A DNA stretch of 64,000 bases from Penicillus capitatus (Eukaryota; Plantae; Chlorophyta). Below the pieces are notes generated by a model. The model saw only the letters and a list, made by a program, of their open reading frames with translations, was not told the DNA's origin and ran no database searches. This document shows, in pieces, positions 51,752 to 64,000 of this stretch; the first letter of the stretch is position 1; the number at the start of each line of letters is the position of its first letter. Position numbers and translations under genes: made by a program. The stretch lies in contig OZ287698.1 in assembly GCA_965649825.1 (NCBI GenBank), forward strand, positions 1,193,949 through 1,257,948, given 5' to 3'.

Positions 51752-54700
51752 TTACAATAGATCGAATGGTCCGTGTCCTTGTTCAAGGCATACTTGCTGA
51801 TACTCTTCTTTCACAAAGAGATGGCCACATTTGCCAACGCAAAGAGGAAGAGAATGGTCCATGATCTTGAAGAAACGGAATTTGGAACAAGAGGCACGGG
51901 TGTAGGGTTGAGCGGCAATTAAGACGTCATGTGACGAGAGCCTCTTTAATTGAGCGAGATTCAATGAGATGTCGACGGTCAGTTGTGCCTCTACCGATCC
52001 GAAAGGATCACTGGAAGATCCAGCGTCGCTGTCAGAAGAGCCATCCAACCGGAGAATCTGAGGCTCGATCTCATCAGAGGCGAATTTCGACGCCTTGGGG
52101 GCCTCGATTCCCTTCGATGCGATGGCAGCGAGAGCGTCCTCGATCGAAACGTCATCGTCGATGACGAATTCGACGACGGGGAGACGTTCAAATGTGAGAA
52201 AGCATCGCGAGAACGGTGCTCCACAGAGCGAACACGAGTCATCCTAAAGGCAGGACGCTGAAAGGGGCGCTTTTATCAGTTTCTACCTCGAGATGTGTCA
52301 TCTCGATCGTCTCATTGCAACGATAGCAAAGAGAATGAAGCTCTTGTGCATCAAGACAGTTCAGATTCGATCGTTTGAGTGTCTCAATCTGCACTTCTTC
52401 CTGAAAGTCAGTGAACGGCAGTACTGTATAGGAGAAGACAAAACGAAGAGCACATACCTGCCACGCTACGGGCAGATAGTATCGACAGAGACGTTCGACA
52501 GCGAGCTTGGCCGTTCGATCGGCACCGACCGATTGTGCCGTCTTGAACAGAACATAAAGTACATGCGACACTCGGACGCCCTGTGTCTTCTCTCACACAT
52601 GACAGAGATCGCCGAATAACGACATGACCTTCGGTATTTTGGCCTTCGGATTCGTGATCTGAGCGGCCAGATAGCGCGAGGCATTGAAGAGCGTACCGAC
52701 GTCCGTTATGGGAAAGGGAGAACGGAGAGATGCGTGTATGAGATGGTAGGCACAGTAAATCTCAGAAACGCGCATCGAGTCTTCAGCGTCCGATGCGTCT
52801 TCGGCCAGAGATGCCAATCTCCAGTAGAGGCGGGATGCGTCATCGAACAGTTGAAGAGCAGCTTTGGAATGGCCAAGCTCTCTAAGCAATGCTCTCGCCT
52901 TGTCCACTCTACTGCCCTTCGCATAGATGTCCGCCGCTTGTAAGAATGCGTCCCTCTCTATCAGCCATTCCGCCTCTGCCAGACACACCTGATCGACGAG
53001 AGCCGCCCCATCAGCTGCAGCTTTGGCCTTCTCCCACTGAGCTGTCGTGCAATAGAACTGCACAGGGAAATCGTTGATCCGTGCTGCTGTTGCGGGACAG
53101 ACACTTTGACGAGATCGTGTTTTGCGTCAAGTCGTTGCAGGAGGTTCTCCGACATCTCGTCGTCTTGCATTTCGAAACTCAGTTCTGCTGATCGTCTCAA
53201 CAGATCGGTGTGCTCGTTCCCCATACCGTCTGTCAAAAACCGTAGCGCATCCGGCCACTTGTTTTGCTGAACGAGGCAGAAAGCGCGTTCGTAGTCTCCT
53301 GAACGAACATACAGCTCGAATGCTTCACGGTCGTCACTGGACTGTTCACTCCACTGAGCCTGATCACGAATCAGCTCCTAAACATCCATCCCAGTCCATC
53401 GTCTCATAAAGAACTGCTCCCACCTTGACAGCTCCGTCTATCGCCGTCGCATCGCATCGCTTCTCTCCTTTCTCCGAGAAGAACTGCGCCCACCGTTGTC
53501 CTGCTTCGTGACGCTTCATTTCCCGAAATACATTCAGCGCCTTCTCCATCTCGCCCTTCTCGGCGTACACCGTTGCTGCATCGTCAAGTCGTCCCTATGA
53601 CACAACGAACGCTTTCAATTCGGACCGTTCGCTTTCGAGACGAACCAAGTAGCAGTAGACTTCGGCGAAGTAGGAGGCCGAGTGCTCGTCACTCTTCATG
53701 TTTTCGAGTCTTTCGACGAGATCCAGCGAAGGCATGTCTCGAATCTTCCTGAAGCATTTCGTGGCGATTGTGGTCTCTTTCGCAAGCAGACACGAAATGC
53801 CGAGCTGCTTCCAATCGTCTTCCGTCGAGGCAAGACACAAAACTCCGTACGCTTCGTCGAAACGTCCCTTCTCCAGATACCTTCGCTGTTGCAACAACCG
53901 TTAACGACAAAGGTTTGCGATACTCGTTGTTTCTGCGTACCTCTGCGCATGCATCGTCGATGAAACGGTGACGGTCGTCACGGTTGATCCGTGACGCGTG
54001 TAGAGCAGAGATCCGGGAAAACCGAGCACACATCCGTCGACGGCCAAGCGAACGGCTGCGTGATCGGACGCCTTTATCTGAATCGCATCAGCGCTACCAA
54101 ATGCAAGCATATCATCGAAACGACGATTCCAGGCAACACTGTGTGCGTTCTGACCAACGATCTCCCATATCTTCTGCCGAGTTCGTATGTCGCAGACAAA
54201 CAGAGTACCCTCGGCATCCGTCATAGCGATCTTGGAGCCATCTCTGTTACGATCCAGGGCATGGATTGCTTCAGAGTGCTCGAGAAGGAGCTGCGGGATG
54301 CTGTTGTGTGGACGAACGATCAACACATGTCCGTTGCGGCATCCAACAAGCAATGTCTCGTGTCTGGGCGGACCGTTCATCACTGCAATACATGAGATCT
54401 CGGCGTACAGTCTGTGCTCGGCGACAATTGTTCCTTCCAGATCCAAGACCTGTATCTGGGAATCGTATGTGCAGTAGACATGATGTCTGGTGACGGCAAC
54501 CAATCGCCACCACTTCGAGAGTGTGTGTCGATGCGTCATCCGTGGTGGATGTTTAGAGGACAGAGCATAGATCAGAATCTGTTCCCCAGCTTGCACAGCC
54601 AATCGTCCCTACGGCGATGCCTTCAGCTAGGGTCGATGTGAATAGGGGATGAATGACCAGATGGAGACAGAAGTGCCGGATCAGTTGCGTGGAAGATACG

Positions 54701-55846
54701 GTTGTCTTGTCGTCGCGAGGAAGGCGCTGAATGGAGACGGCGTTCCACGATTCTCTCTGTGCGAACCAGTCCCCATGAATCGTGTACTCGTTTTTCCACT
54801 GAAGGCTGTACACCGATATGGTGCCATCATTGGTTCCAATGGCCAGAAACGTCTTTTCGTCTATGCTGATAATTTGGGCGCTCCATACCCAAGCGTCTCG
54901 TACGACTAGCTCGAGGACCTCGACGCCGTCTGCGCTCCACAGACATGCCCTTTTGTCGGTCCCTCCGATCAGTAAAGGCCCTGCATCACACATCTGACAT
55001 TGGCGATCTCCAAGATGGGAAAAGAATGACCTGATGGAGACAGAAGTGTGAGAGAATATGGTGAGCAAGGAAGCTGCATCTCGGAAAGCGTCTCTCCTTT
55101 CATAGAGTGCGATGAGAGAAGACCGTTCCAGCAACCGACCACGAGCACCGGACGGGGCACATCTGCTCTTGTGGACCATGCGAGTGTCCACGCAGGAGCA
55201 TCTCTTTGGAACGCCAACTATTGAAGCTACCATCAGCAGACATGACGTGCATGAATACCGTTTTCACTTTCTCTCTCGCTTCTGCGTCGCGAATCGAAAT
55301 GCGGCCATTAAAGTGCCCAAGAGCAAGGTATTGGCCGTCTGCGGTCCAGGCAAGGGACAGAATCTTGGAGGTGACCGTGTGTTTAGCAACCGATCGCTGC
55401 TTGGCATGCCACATTCCCAGATCTGTCGTCGCTCCACTGGCCAGCTGCTGCGTCACTGGATTAAAGGCAAGGCATTGTATGCTCTCTTGGTGCGTGTACT
55501 TGACCAAGCCTTCGAGCTTCGACGTCCAAATAATGACCGTCTTGTCGGCTCCCCCCGAAGCGATCAGCGTTCCATCCGACGAACAAGAAAGGCAATACAC
55601 AACTTCCTTGTGCCCTGGAACACTATCCGCGTAGTGCCGATGTATAGAGTGAGCGAGCGACACAGTCAGAGGACCTTTCAATGTTCGACCGACCGTCCCC
55701 GTATCTCGGTCAAATGCGTAAACACGGTCGCCGATACCGCAGAAGATACGAGCGCCATCTGGTGACCAAACGACGGCGTAACATGGCGCCGCATCATCGA
55801 CGGTTTTCAGCAGTGGCTTCTGTTCCCACAACAAACGCACCTCCAT
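51752..55846 (-). CDS. IFT122: Intraflagellar transport protein IFT122 (IFT-A, WD40 + TPR)
   Basis: LKGHKEVVYCL...ASGGADKTVIIWTSKLEGLVKYTHQESIQCLAFNP, AWTADGQYLALG.FNG, IYCAYHLI, TLFNASRYL, FLTFERLPVVEF and C-terminal CGHLF..EEY. Confidence 0.93.
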
Positions 55847-58713
55847 CTGTCGTCAACGTTTGCACGGATGTCGCAGCTGACGTCACTTTGCTGTTCGGCA
55901 AGACATGCTCAACGGAAACACGACGAACATTAAACGCTCGTTTTGCAACGGGGATAGAAGAAGACACGTCGGACAGTTTTCTTGTGGCTCTCCATCTCGG
56001 AGATAGTGCCGTTCGGTGCGGATTCTGTCGAAACTTCGGAGATAGTAATTACATCGTCGAACGGTCTCGGTTCGTTCACTTCGCTGGAAGTACCGCATAT
56101 CCGGACGTCATTTTAACGCTTTCGGTAACAACCGTTACGTTTTGCATCACTCATTCTCTGCAATCCATCCGTCGTGTTCAACGACACCCGTCAACAGTAC
56201 CGACCTACTTACTGGTCACACAGCATTCGCGTGTGCGTCGCTGTCGCTGAAGCAGACGGATTGCAACGCACTCAGCCGATGCTTCTCGTGGAATTAACGG
56301 ACGCGATGGAATAAAGGGCCGCCTTCGTCGCTTACTCTTGAGCGTCTCTTTGTCGAACAGCTCCTGAGGTTGTGCTTTCCGCAGGTTCACTTGCGAGAAA
56401 CGCGTTTCTTTACATAGACGATCGGCACGATGCTTGCTTTATTTGTCCAGCACTTACGCTTGCGTTTCTTTCCTGTCGTCTAGTGTTGTCAACGGCTTCG
56501 TGGACCAGCTCCTCTGACAGAAGCGACGTGATCGAAGAAGAGACCGTTCAGGTTGACGGGGATCGACTTTGGTGTCGTCGTAGATTCTCGAGATCCGTCA
56601 TCCTCATCGAGAGGTATCTTCTATCCTGTAAACAATGTAGCAGAAGAGGTGCATGTCGTTATGCTATTCGTTGTTGTCTCTGGTGGAACTCTGAATCCAG
56701 TCCATGCTTTGGCGATTCAGCTGTCCCCAACAATGCAAGAACTCTAGACACGTCCACGTCGATCAGTCGATAACATCTCTGTCGTCATGTGACAACGACA
56801 TCCTCAATCTACTGGCATTTCGAGCAATGCAGCGTCTCTTTCGTCGTCTACGGTTCTTCCGATGCGTATGCATCGCCTCAAATATCCTTGTGTTTTGAAG
56901 GAAGGATTGTCTTCCTGAAGGGCAGTCCACTTAGTGTACATTCGCCTCGATCGGTATCGATGACGGTACTGATGCATGCGATGATCCATTGTTGCAGATA
57001 TCGTGGGATTCTCCGCTGTCCGTTTGGAGATGTTCTCGTTCGTTATGCCTCCCGCCAAGCAGGGCCCACCGTTTTAATGCATTGACCTTCTAAAACACCG
57101 CCTGCATGACCTTTAAATTCTGTTCAAAGACCATGTGAATAGAGAAGACATCAGTAGCGCTTTGATTCTATTGGATCTTTAAGAAGAGATGATGACGGTA
57201 TATGTCAATGTCTGACATGCAGAAGGAGGATTTCACCTGAACCAACCCACAATACGTCATCACTGGCCTTGCTTTGAGATGCACTTTTCTACGCGGGTCT
57301 AAATACACGAGAAGTGGCTGTTGACCCTATCCTTGTCTGTATTGTCAATAGCTCCACTGAAACAATTGAATGTCGGCATCGATAGAATGCCATACAATTT
57401 TAATATCGTGATCAGAGCCGCCATAATTGTTGGTGGCTTATCCGTCAATGAAGACTTCCCTAACACGCTGCCGATCCTCAAGAGAAATCCGTTCAGCTTC
57501 GACGGTGACGCATCATTGTCAGAAGCAGGGAAGAACAACGCTCATCGTTGCATAACTCTTGTTCCCTGAACGATAGGAATTGCCAGTTAGTCTATGAAGC
57601 TCAGCGCTTTCAGAAAGCCTCTACAGAATGCAACTTCTCCTACATCATGTAAAGAAGATGAAGATTGATTTCTGTAACGTCAATGAAGATCGTATGACGT
57701 CAGTGGATAGGTTAGATTCGTCTGCAGGAGAAAAGAAGGAAGGTGGTGCATTTGAAGGAGATGTCATACCTTCGGCAAAAAAAGAATGCGCACGATGGGA
57801 AACGCGTAACGATCAAGACTGAATGGATCTGTTTAGAAGAATGGAATACATGTGGGTCATCTTTTCTTGTTGGAGCTCCTAAGGAGTCCGATTCGAGCAC
57901 ATGTCTCCACAAGACACCACTGAACCGCACTCAAAATCAGCCAAGTGTTTTGGACACAGTACAGACATCTGTTTTGGTTGCCATTTCTCAGATACTGTGC
58001 AGGCATCTCTCTATCTTATTCGATTTATCCATCGCTGAGGGCGATGGTTGCCATAACGATGTGTCCGCGTCCTCAATTAAAGGCAAGGTAGCTACCACTC
58101 GCATTCTCTGCCACTCAATGTCCTTTTCACATCCCGCATGCTATCATCACTTCTTCTGTTTTACTGACAAAGGATTCGGATGAAAACTCATCCTTACAGC
58201 GTTTCCGCCTCCTTATCGAACAAGATCTTCACTAAACAGCCATTCTCACTTGCACAAACACTGAACTGACAAGAATTGAAACATAAATGTTTGTTCTGGC
58301 TTCATGATATCTGAGAACTGTGTCATGGAGTTGCACAGATCGCCAAAATTGAGTCGGTCATTGATACTGATGGTATTCGATCGAAAGCTTTATCCCGTCA
58401 GGTCCGTCCACTTACATCAAGAGAGTTAAGTCATGGCATACATCTCACCGAGTGTCATATTACCCGTCCAACAAACTTCTGTCACGCGCCACTTTAAACA
58501 GTCAGCTGAGAAGGGATTGAATGTTGGTCGATATTCTAATCAGGTACAAGAAGAAGCGAAGTTGATCAAACAAGTCAGGAAACAAACACTTCGATCGCAG
58601 AGAACCCCGCCCATCCACTTTGCTGCTGCCCCTTGCCACATTCACCATCGTCGATCCTCTTCATCTCAATCACAAGTTCGCTGATTTTTTCAAGGAACCA
58701 GATGCTCCAGCAT

Positions 58714-59780
58714 CTACGACGGACAGCATCGTGAAGATCGATTCAGCCAAGACGGCATCTCACTCTTCTTTTGCACAAGCAAATCATTTGCGATGCCTAA
58801 TACTTTACAGAGGGTATCAGGATCATCATCTTCGCACAGCTCGACAAGAAGAGCCGCCAAAGCAATGACGTATGGCAGCGATCGGCAGTTTTGCAGAACA
58901 CTGAGGTTGGGAATCTGAGAATAGAGATCGTGTGGCGTCGGCGTCGTTGTTGCCGTTCTCGCTCTTTTCGCTCCATGACTCTCTTCGTGAACATGGGTGA
59001 CGACATTGGGTCTGCCACATGGAACGGGAGGCTCCAGAGCTGCCATACGAGGGATCGAATGACCCATCCCTCCATTCGGGGTTGGCAGATCCATATGTGT
59101 CACCCGCGGTTTCAGCGATGGTTCCATCGACACCTGACCCTCAGATGCCAATTTTCTCTTCAGGTGGCCATTCCTAAACGCGCGTCTGCCCATCTGTGAT
59201 AAGCGACAGGTGCATCACCAGTAATTCTTGATGGACATATCTGTTCGGCCTGGAAGGAATCGGGCAATGGTTGACCATCGATTTCCAAATTCCTGGTGCT
59301 TCTCTTCTATGCATGCCTCCTGCGTCCACAACAAGAGCCGCCATAAAGAAGCGCCGCAAAATGTGATCTACCTCTTCGGCAGTAAACGGTCCTTTGTTGA
59401 TGCCTGGAGCGAGATAGTTCGACCAACTAGAAAAGCAGTCGAGTAAACGGCGATGGCGTCGATAGGTTATCTATCTCACCGAGAGCGACAGCTTTTGCTG
59501 TTGCGCGTACCGAGTTCCTACAAAACCTCGTACATGATGCCTTTGCCTGCCGCGTCGTCCGTCATACCTTTGCAATCCGACACCAGTTTTGCGGTCCGTA
59601 GTGACTGACGAGGCGACATAGGCGGTCATCTTCCTGCGATAGGATTCGCTTAGAAAGATGTCGGTCACGAAATATGCGGTCGATCTTTGCCGCATCGAAG
59701 ATGGGCGAATCTATACCCACCTCGGGCGTCCATGTCGACCGGCGTTCCTGAGTTATTGAGTCACCGAACGTCGAACGCAT
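58714..59780 (-). CDS. R2R3-MYB transcription factor; 4 introns
   Basis: Spliced sequence [58 protein letters not shown]...[31 protein letters not shown]. Confidence 0.9.
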
Positions 59781-60464
59781 CTGAGCCGTGCGTCTTTCAA
59801 CGGTGCCGAACCGGGAAGTCTAAGGGCGAAGGCTGAGCTGTTAATCAGCAGAATAAATTAATCTGAAAGTACAACCGCCGTCTAAAGCCTCTCTGAAAAG
59901 CGACTTTGGTGGGCGTTTACGCGAGCGTCTGTTTATATTGCTTTATTCCCTTTGAGATGGCCTCATACAAACGTGGAGTTCCGTGGTACATATCGTGTAC
60001 CGACAAAAAAAATGCAAATCCGATGCGGATTCTCCACCGATGGGTTTTCCGAGGCGCATTCGGAGAACAATCGACAACCAACCGCTGCACAAAGTACACA
60101 AATGCCAACCAATCGACTCGCATTTCTCGTTCGGCAAGGCCGCCGTTTTGAACCGGGCGATCATAGCCGGTTCACGGACCGAATTTGTCCCCTGCACATC
60201 CGCAACGCACCTGTTGAGAAGTTTTTATGAAGCAGCAGTCTCGACTGCGGATAATATGACACATATGCCAACGAGAAGTACGCGCGCAACGCCTGACCTT
60301 CCGCATCGAATTCCGAAAACGTCTGTGCGCTTATGAGATACACCGCTACTCGGTCTTTTCGCAGTTCGGCTGACTCACGTGCATCTGGTAAACGCATTCG
60401 TCGGGACGTGCCACAACAGATCATTACAGTCGTGTCTCCGCGGCCCGGATCACGAGCATCGACT

Positions 60465-62869
60465 CATGGCCGGGCTGTCAGCGCTGCTGTCCATACGCAC
60501 ACCTCTGGCATCTCGTACAGCGAATCGCTCTGAGGTACAGATTCTTGGGACAGAGACATCTGGGAGAATGTCGATCCTGGCTTGCCCACGCAATTCAGCT
60601 GGACGCGTACCATCTTGGCCACCTCTTCATCCACAGCATCTGTAGAGAGAACAGGGGCGCGTTACAGAGAGAGACCTAATGGATGATGCCAGACCTGGCA
60701 TGCTCATGACGGTCTTAAACAGAATCATCTGATTCGGCTGAAAATGCCGAAAGGTCCATTTCAGGCAACTCTGCTTCTGGCTGTACTGCGTCGAAGGACG
60801 GGCAAAGACAGGAGCTCCCAGTTGTCGCGGCACCCATGCGAAAAGAGTGCCTAAAAATGAGATCTCCATCGGATCGCCAACTGGGAGGTGTAGAGAGAGT
60901 TACCGCTCGCAGCAGATGGATTCTTGGCATTGGTTGATACTTGGATCAACAGAATGAGACATCTTGGCTGATCTCTGAACGACTGCACTTCAGCTGTCAC
61001 ACGCACGTGGACAGGAATATCATACATTCCGGGTAACAGCCTAGACAAGCCACCTTCAACACGCCTCCCCTAGCAACAGCGGATGGAGAAACCTGTACGC
61101 GAGATAGGGAGCAGTCGATGGCTTCAGTTTCCCTGTGAAGATGCCGTTCTCGATGATCGTCGTGCGATGGATGTGACGTCGAGCAGATTTTATGGAGTAG
61201 ACAACAGCCCTGGATGCAGTGGGTTATGGCAGTGCGAGAAGGATGGCGCTTCAAATCGCAACGAGACCTCGATGGTTCCGACAGTTGTTCTGATGACCGT
61301 AGGCGAAACTTCACTTCCTTCCCGGAAGCTTGTTTCCAGATGTGCTTCCTCAGACCCACCTCACCGACAGCAACGGATTTTGTACATTTGCTGCCTTCAT
61401 AGGCACCTTCCCATCGCTCTGCTAGATAGAAGACAGGTCCGCTCTTTGGTGGGGAAGCAGGTTGGACAGAAGTCGATGGAGTGGCGACGGGCTTTGGTTT
61501 CTCTTCTTCCGCCTCGAAAGCGAACCACGATGTCTCGTTCTTCACGGTGATGGGCGCAACTGGGGCAGGTAGCATGGATGGAGTGGGCTGCGATGCTGAG
61601 GTAGGAGAAGCGGCAAACTGTGCAAAGAAATCTGGCATCGTATCCTCCTTCGTCTCTGCCGGTCTAGTAGCATCCCATGTTCATTAAAAACAAAGCCACT
61701 TAAAGATGCATGCGTGCTTTGTGGGTGTCGGATTTGCTCCTGAAAGCAAGTCTTCAATATCCGGAAACGCTGATGGTTGAGGCGGGGCTGCGTCTGGCTG
61801 TTTTGGTGCCGACGCAAAGAAATCGCCGATGGCGAATGCCGGCTCAGAGACAGGAGTCGCCTTCGTCGTGGGAGGCACAGATGTGAAGTCAAAATCAAAA
61901 TTACTGCATTCGAGAGTGAGAAAAATCACTGCGACGAAAAAATCTGACCTAGGTGTCGGTGCTTCTGTTCCTGTCTGAAAGTTTTTGAAATCGGCTGGCA
62001 TCACGAAGTTGAAATTCTGATTCACTCCGCTGAAATCTGTAAGCTTTTGGTTGCTCGCTTTCGTGGCTGCCGTTTTTCTCGAGCTCTCCGAAGCAGCCTT
62101 TCCCTTCTTTTCCTACAAGTCACAGCATCTCGTTCGCCCACAAGCCCCCTCCACCCAGTGCGCCTCACCCGGGTGTCGGCAAGGTAGGAGTAGATGCTGG
62201 CCAATGCCTGTGCCTGTGATCTGTGAAGATCTGCTCCCTGGTACTTCAGTATCGCCCCCATCATGAAATAGACCTGCTCACAGATAGGCATCTACCCGGT
62301 CTAAGGTCGATGCTGATGTCACCTCTTGGTAGTTGCGTGCAATGACGTCGCTGTCGACCTCCAGAATCTGACAAGTTGCCACAAGTCCCTTCGTGGCTGA
62401 CTCGACGAGACGGACAGAGATGAGGGAATTAAACTGAGTGGGTGCCACGGCCATGACCCAAACTTTGTGGACTAACCGGTAAACGACAGCATAACTGCAT
62501 AGAGGCATCTCAACTCAATGATCACTCTTATCACACTTACCGCCCATTCATGACCAAGAGTTTATCGTGGGCGAACTTGGGATGGATGTCTCCACTCCTG
62601 AGACATCATCGCTTTTCATAGAGAACGAAAGAATGAGAAAGAGTAACTGACTGACCCATCGACATCTGTTTGTCCACGTCCCAGTGCAAATCGTCCCATG
62701 ATAGTGACAGCTTCTTCGCTTGCTCGATGGACGATGGTCCCAGGTATCCCTCTCCTGCAATCTCTTCGAATCCAGTAGCTCGAAAGGCGAAACGGCGATA
62801 CGTGTGAACGATCAGATTCGGTCCGCCGCGCTGACGGACAATAAGAGACATCGCATCCGGGGCCACCAT
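60465..62869 (-). CDS. TML: TML-like subunit of the TPLATE/TSET endocytic complex (longin-like + acidic linker + mu-homology domain)
   Basis: YAVVYRLVHKVWVMAV...KGLVATCQ.LEV..DVIARNYQEVYFMM resembles plant TML YRVVYRLVN...KYAEIYMAL. The linker is rich in FDF/DFF motifs. The mu-homology segment includes GPVFYLAE...GEVGL and IPVHVRV...LILLIQVSTN. Confidence 0.72.
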
Positions 62870-62930
62870 GGTTGCAATTTCAAATAGAACTTCATTACCG
62901 CCTTCAACAACGGTGGTTTGTATTTTCAGA

Positions 62931-63971
62931 ATGAATGTGACGCGACCGTATGGTTGGACGCGGTCACAAGGAAACGTCACGAGGCGTCCGTTTGTCTCCC
63001 GTGTCGGTTCCTCGGCACAAAACGCACCTCGCAGAGAGATCTTGCCTGAGCTCTCGAACGCGCCGGACGATACCTTGAGGCGTTCTCTCATCGCGACTGC
63101 CTTTATCGGCTTGACAGCAACCGTCACTCCCTTGTCTCGCGCTGCCGATTTTGAAGTGGAGAAAGAGACCTTCTCCGAAGGGCAAGACGCAGAGATCACT
63201 CAAAAAGTGTGATCCCTCATTGGAGGAATGACCAGAGATGATGCGTTAATGACTGACATCACAGGTCGTACTGGAATTGGGTTTTTGCGAAGACACCTCA
63301 CGTCTGAACCGTGCATCAGGAGATTCGGCCTTCTGCCTCAGAACTCGACCCGTGGGCGCCCTGACGATCGGCCTCTTCGGCGAGAGACTCCCGACGACCG
63401 TCGAGAACTTTGTCAAGACAGTGGCCTCCGGTGCTTACACCGGCACGATCGTCAATAACGTCCGTCCTGGTCAATATCTTTCGATCGGAAAACAAGGAAC
63501 TCGGCGAATGGGCGAGGTGAAAGCCCCAGACGGCTTGCTTTCCAATCCTGAGCTCACATCTGCGAAAGTGTGACATCGAATTCGGTGCCCATAGAGAGCG
63601 AATCCATTGCTGCCTAGGCCTTTGCCTTGCGTCACGTGCGACCCGGAACAGTCTCGCTGGCAATTGCCGAGAACGAAGACTCGAGTGTCCGTACACTTCA
63701 ACGCGAGTATTATCCGACGCAGATTCTCATTACGACTGGTCCAGGACCGGCACCTCAGCTCGACAACGGCAACGTCGTTTTCGGGAGGCTCATCGACGGA
63801 TTCGACACGCTCGCTGCACTCGCAGAGGCACGTACTTACAAACCATCGCAGCGTATTCAGGCCTTCAATGCCTTTGCGCGTGCGATTGGAGATGAACGGG
63901 CAACGGAGGTGCGCAAAACGTGGGGTCGACCCATACAGCCCATTGTCATAACGCGGAGCGTCGTTGTCTGA
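62931..63971 (+). CDS. CYP28: Thylakoid-lumen cyclophilin CYP28-like PPIase; 2 introns; possible upstream in-frame ATG at 62868
   Basis: Bipartite transit peptide with RRSLIATAFIG...SRA, IGLFGERLPTTVENF, ILITTGPGPAPQLDNGNVVFG, TYKPSQRIQAFN and GDERA...WGRP. Confidence 0.88.
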
Positions 63972-64000
63972 GTGCGTCACAACGGTCCAGCAATGCACTG

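Noticed and set aside
55900-56300. Several AACGG (MSA-like MYB3R) cores upstream of IFT122
   Set aside because: A 5-mer occurs often by chance in this CG-rich sequence and the extended MSA consensus is poorly matched.

Overview
Eukaryotic nuclear DNA from a gene-dense, photosynthetic, flagellated organism, most likely a chlorophyte green alga. This is inferred from plastid-targeted TrpD and a CYP28-like cyclophilin, plant-type MRS2, CAT, TML and OXS3-like genes, ciliary IFT122 and CCDC113-like genes, and some TGTAA motifs after stops. The genetic code is standard. The ORF track is fragmented because most genes are split by very short introns (mostly 43-60 nt); I stitched exons by hand using protein-family motifs recalled from memory, with no database search. 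About 20 apparently intact genes were found: UTP10/HEATR1, gcvT, RTEL1, a cationic amino-acid transporter, DDX23/PRP28, FAM91A1, a JmjN-JmjC-C5HC2 demethylase, MRS2, BRCA2, calnexin, TrpD, OXS3-like, CCDC113-like, organellar LeuRS, IFT122, R2R3-MYB, TML-like, CYP28-like and two hypotheticals. A damaged block at 13.7-23.2 kb holds CDK5RAP3 with two frameshifts abutting a 5'-truncated and disrupted NPC1 half-gene, an adenosine kinase pseudogene and unidentified decayed ORFs. No tRNA, rRNA, CRISPR array or intact transposon was seen. I cannot point to a clearly new biological system. The best leads are the apparently length-defined splicing with weak signals, the CDK5RAP3/half-NPC1 locus, and extreme gene packing (start codons 35 bp apart, overlapping stops, and 72-80 bp tandem spacers that may indicate polycistronic mRNAs).
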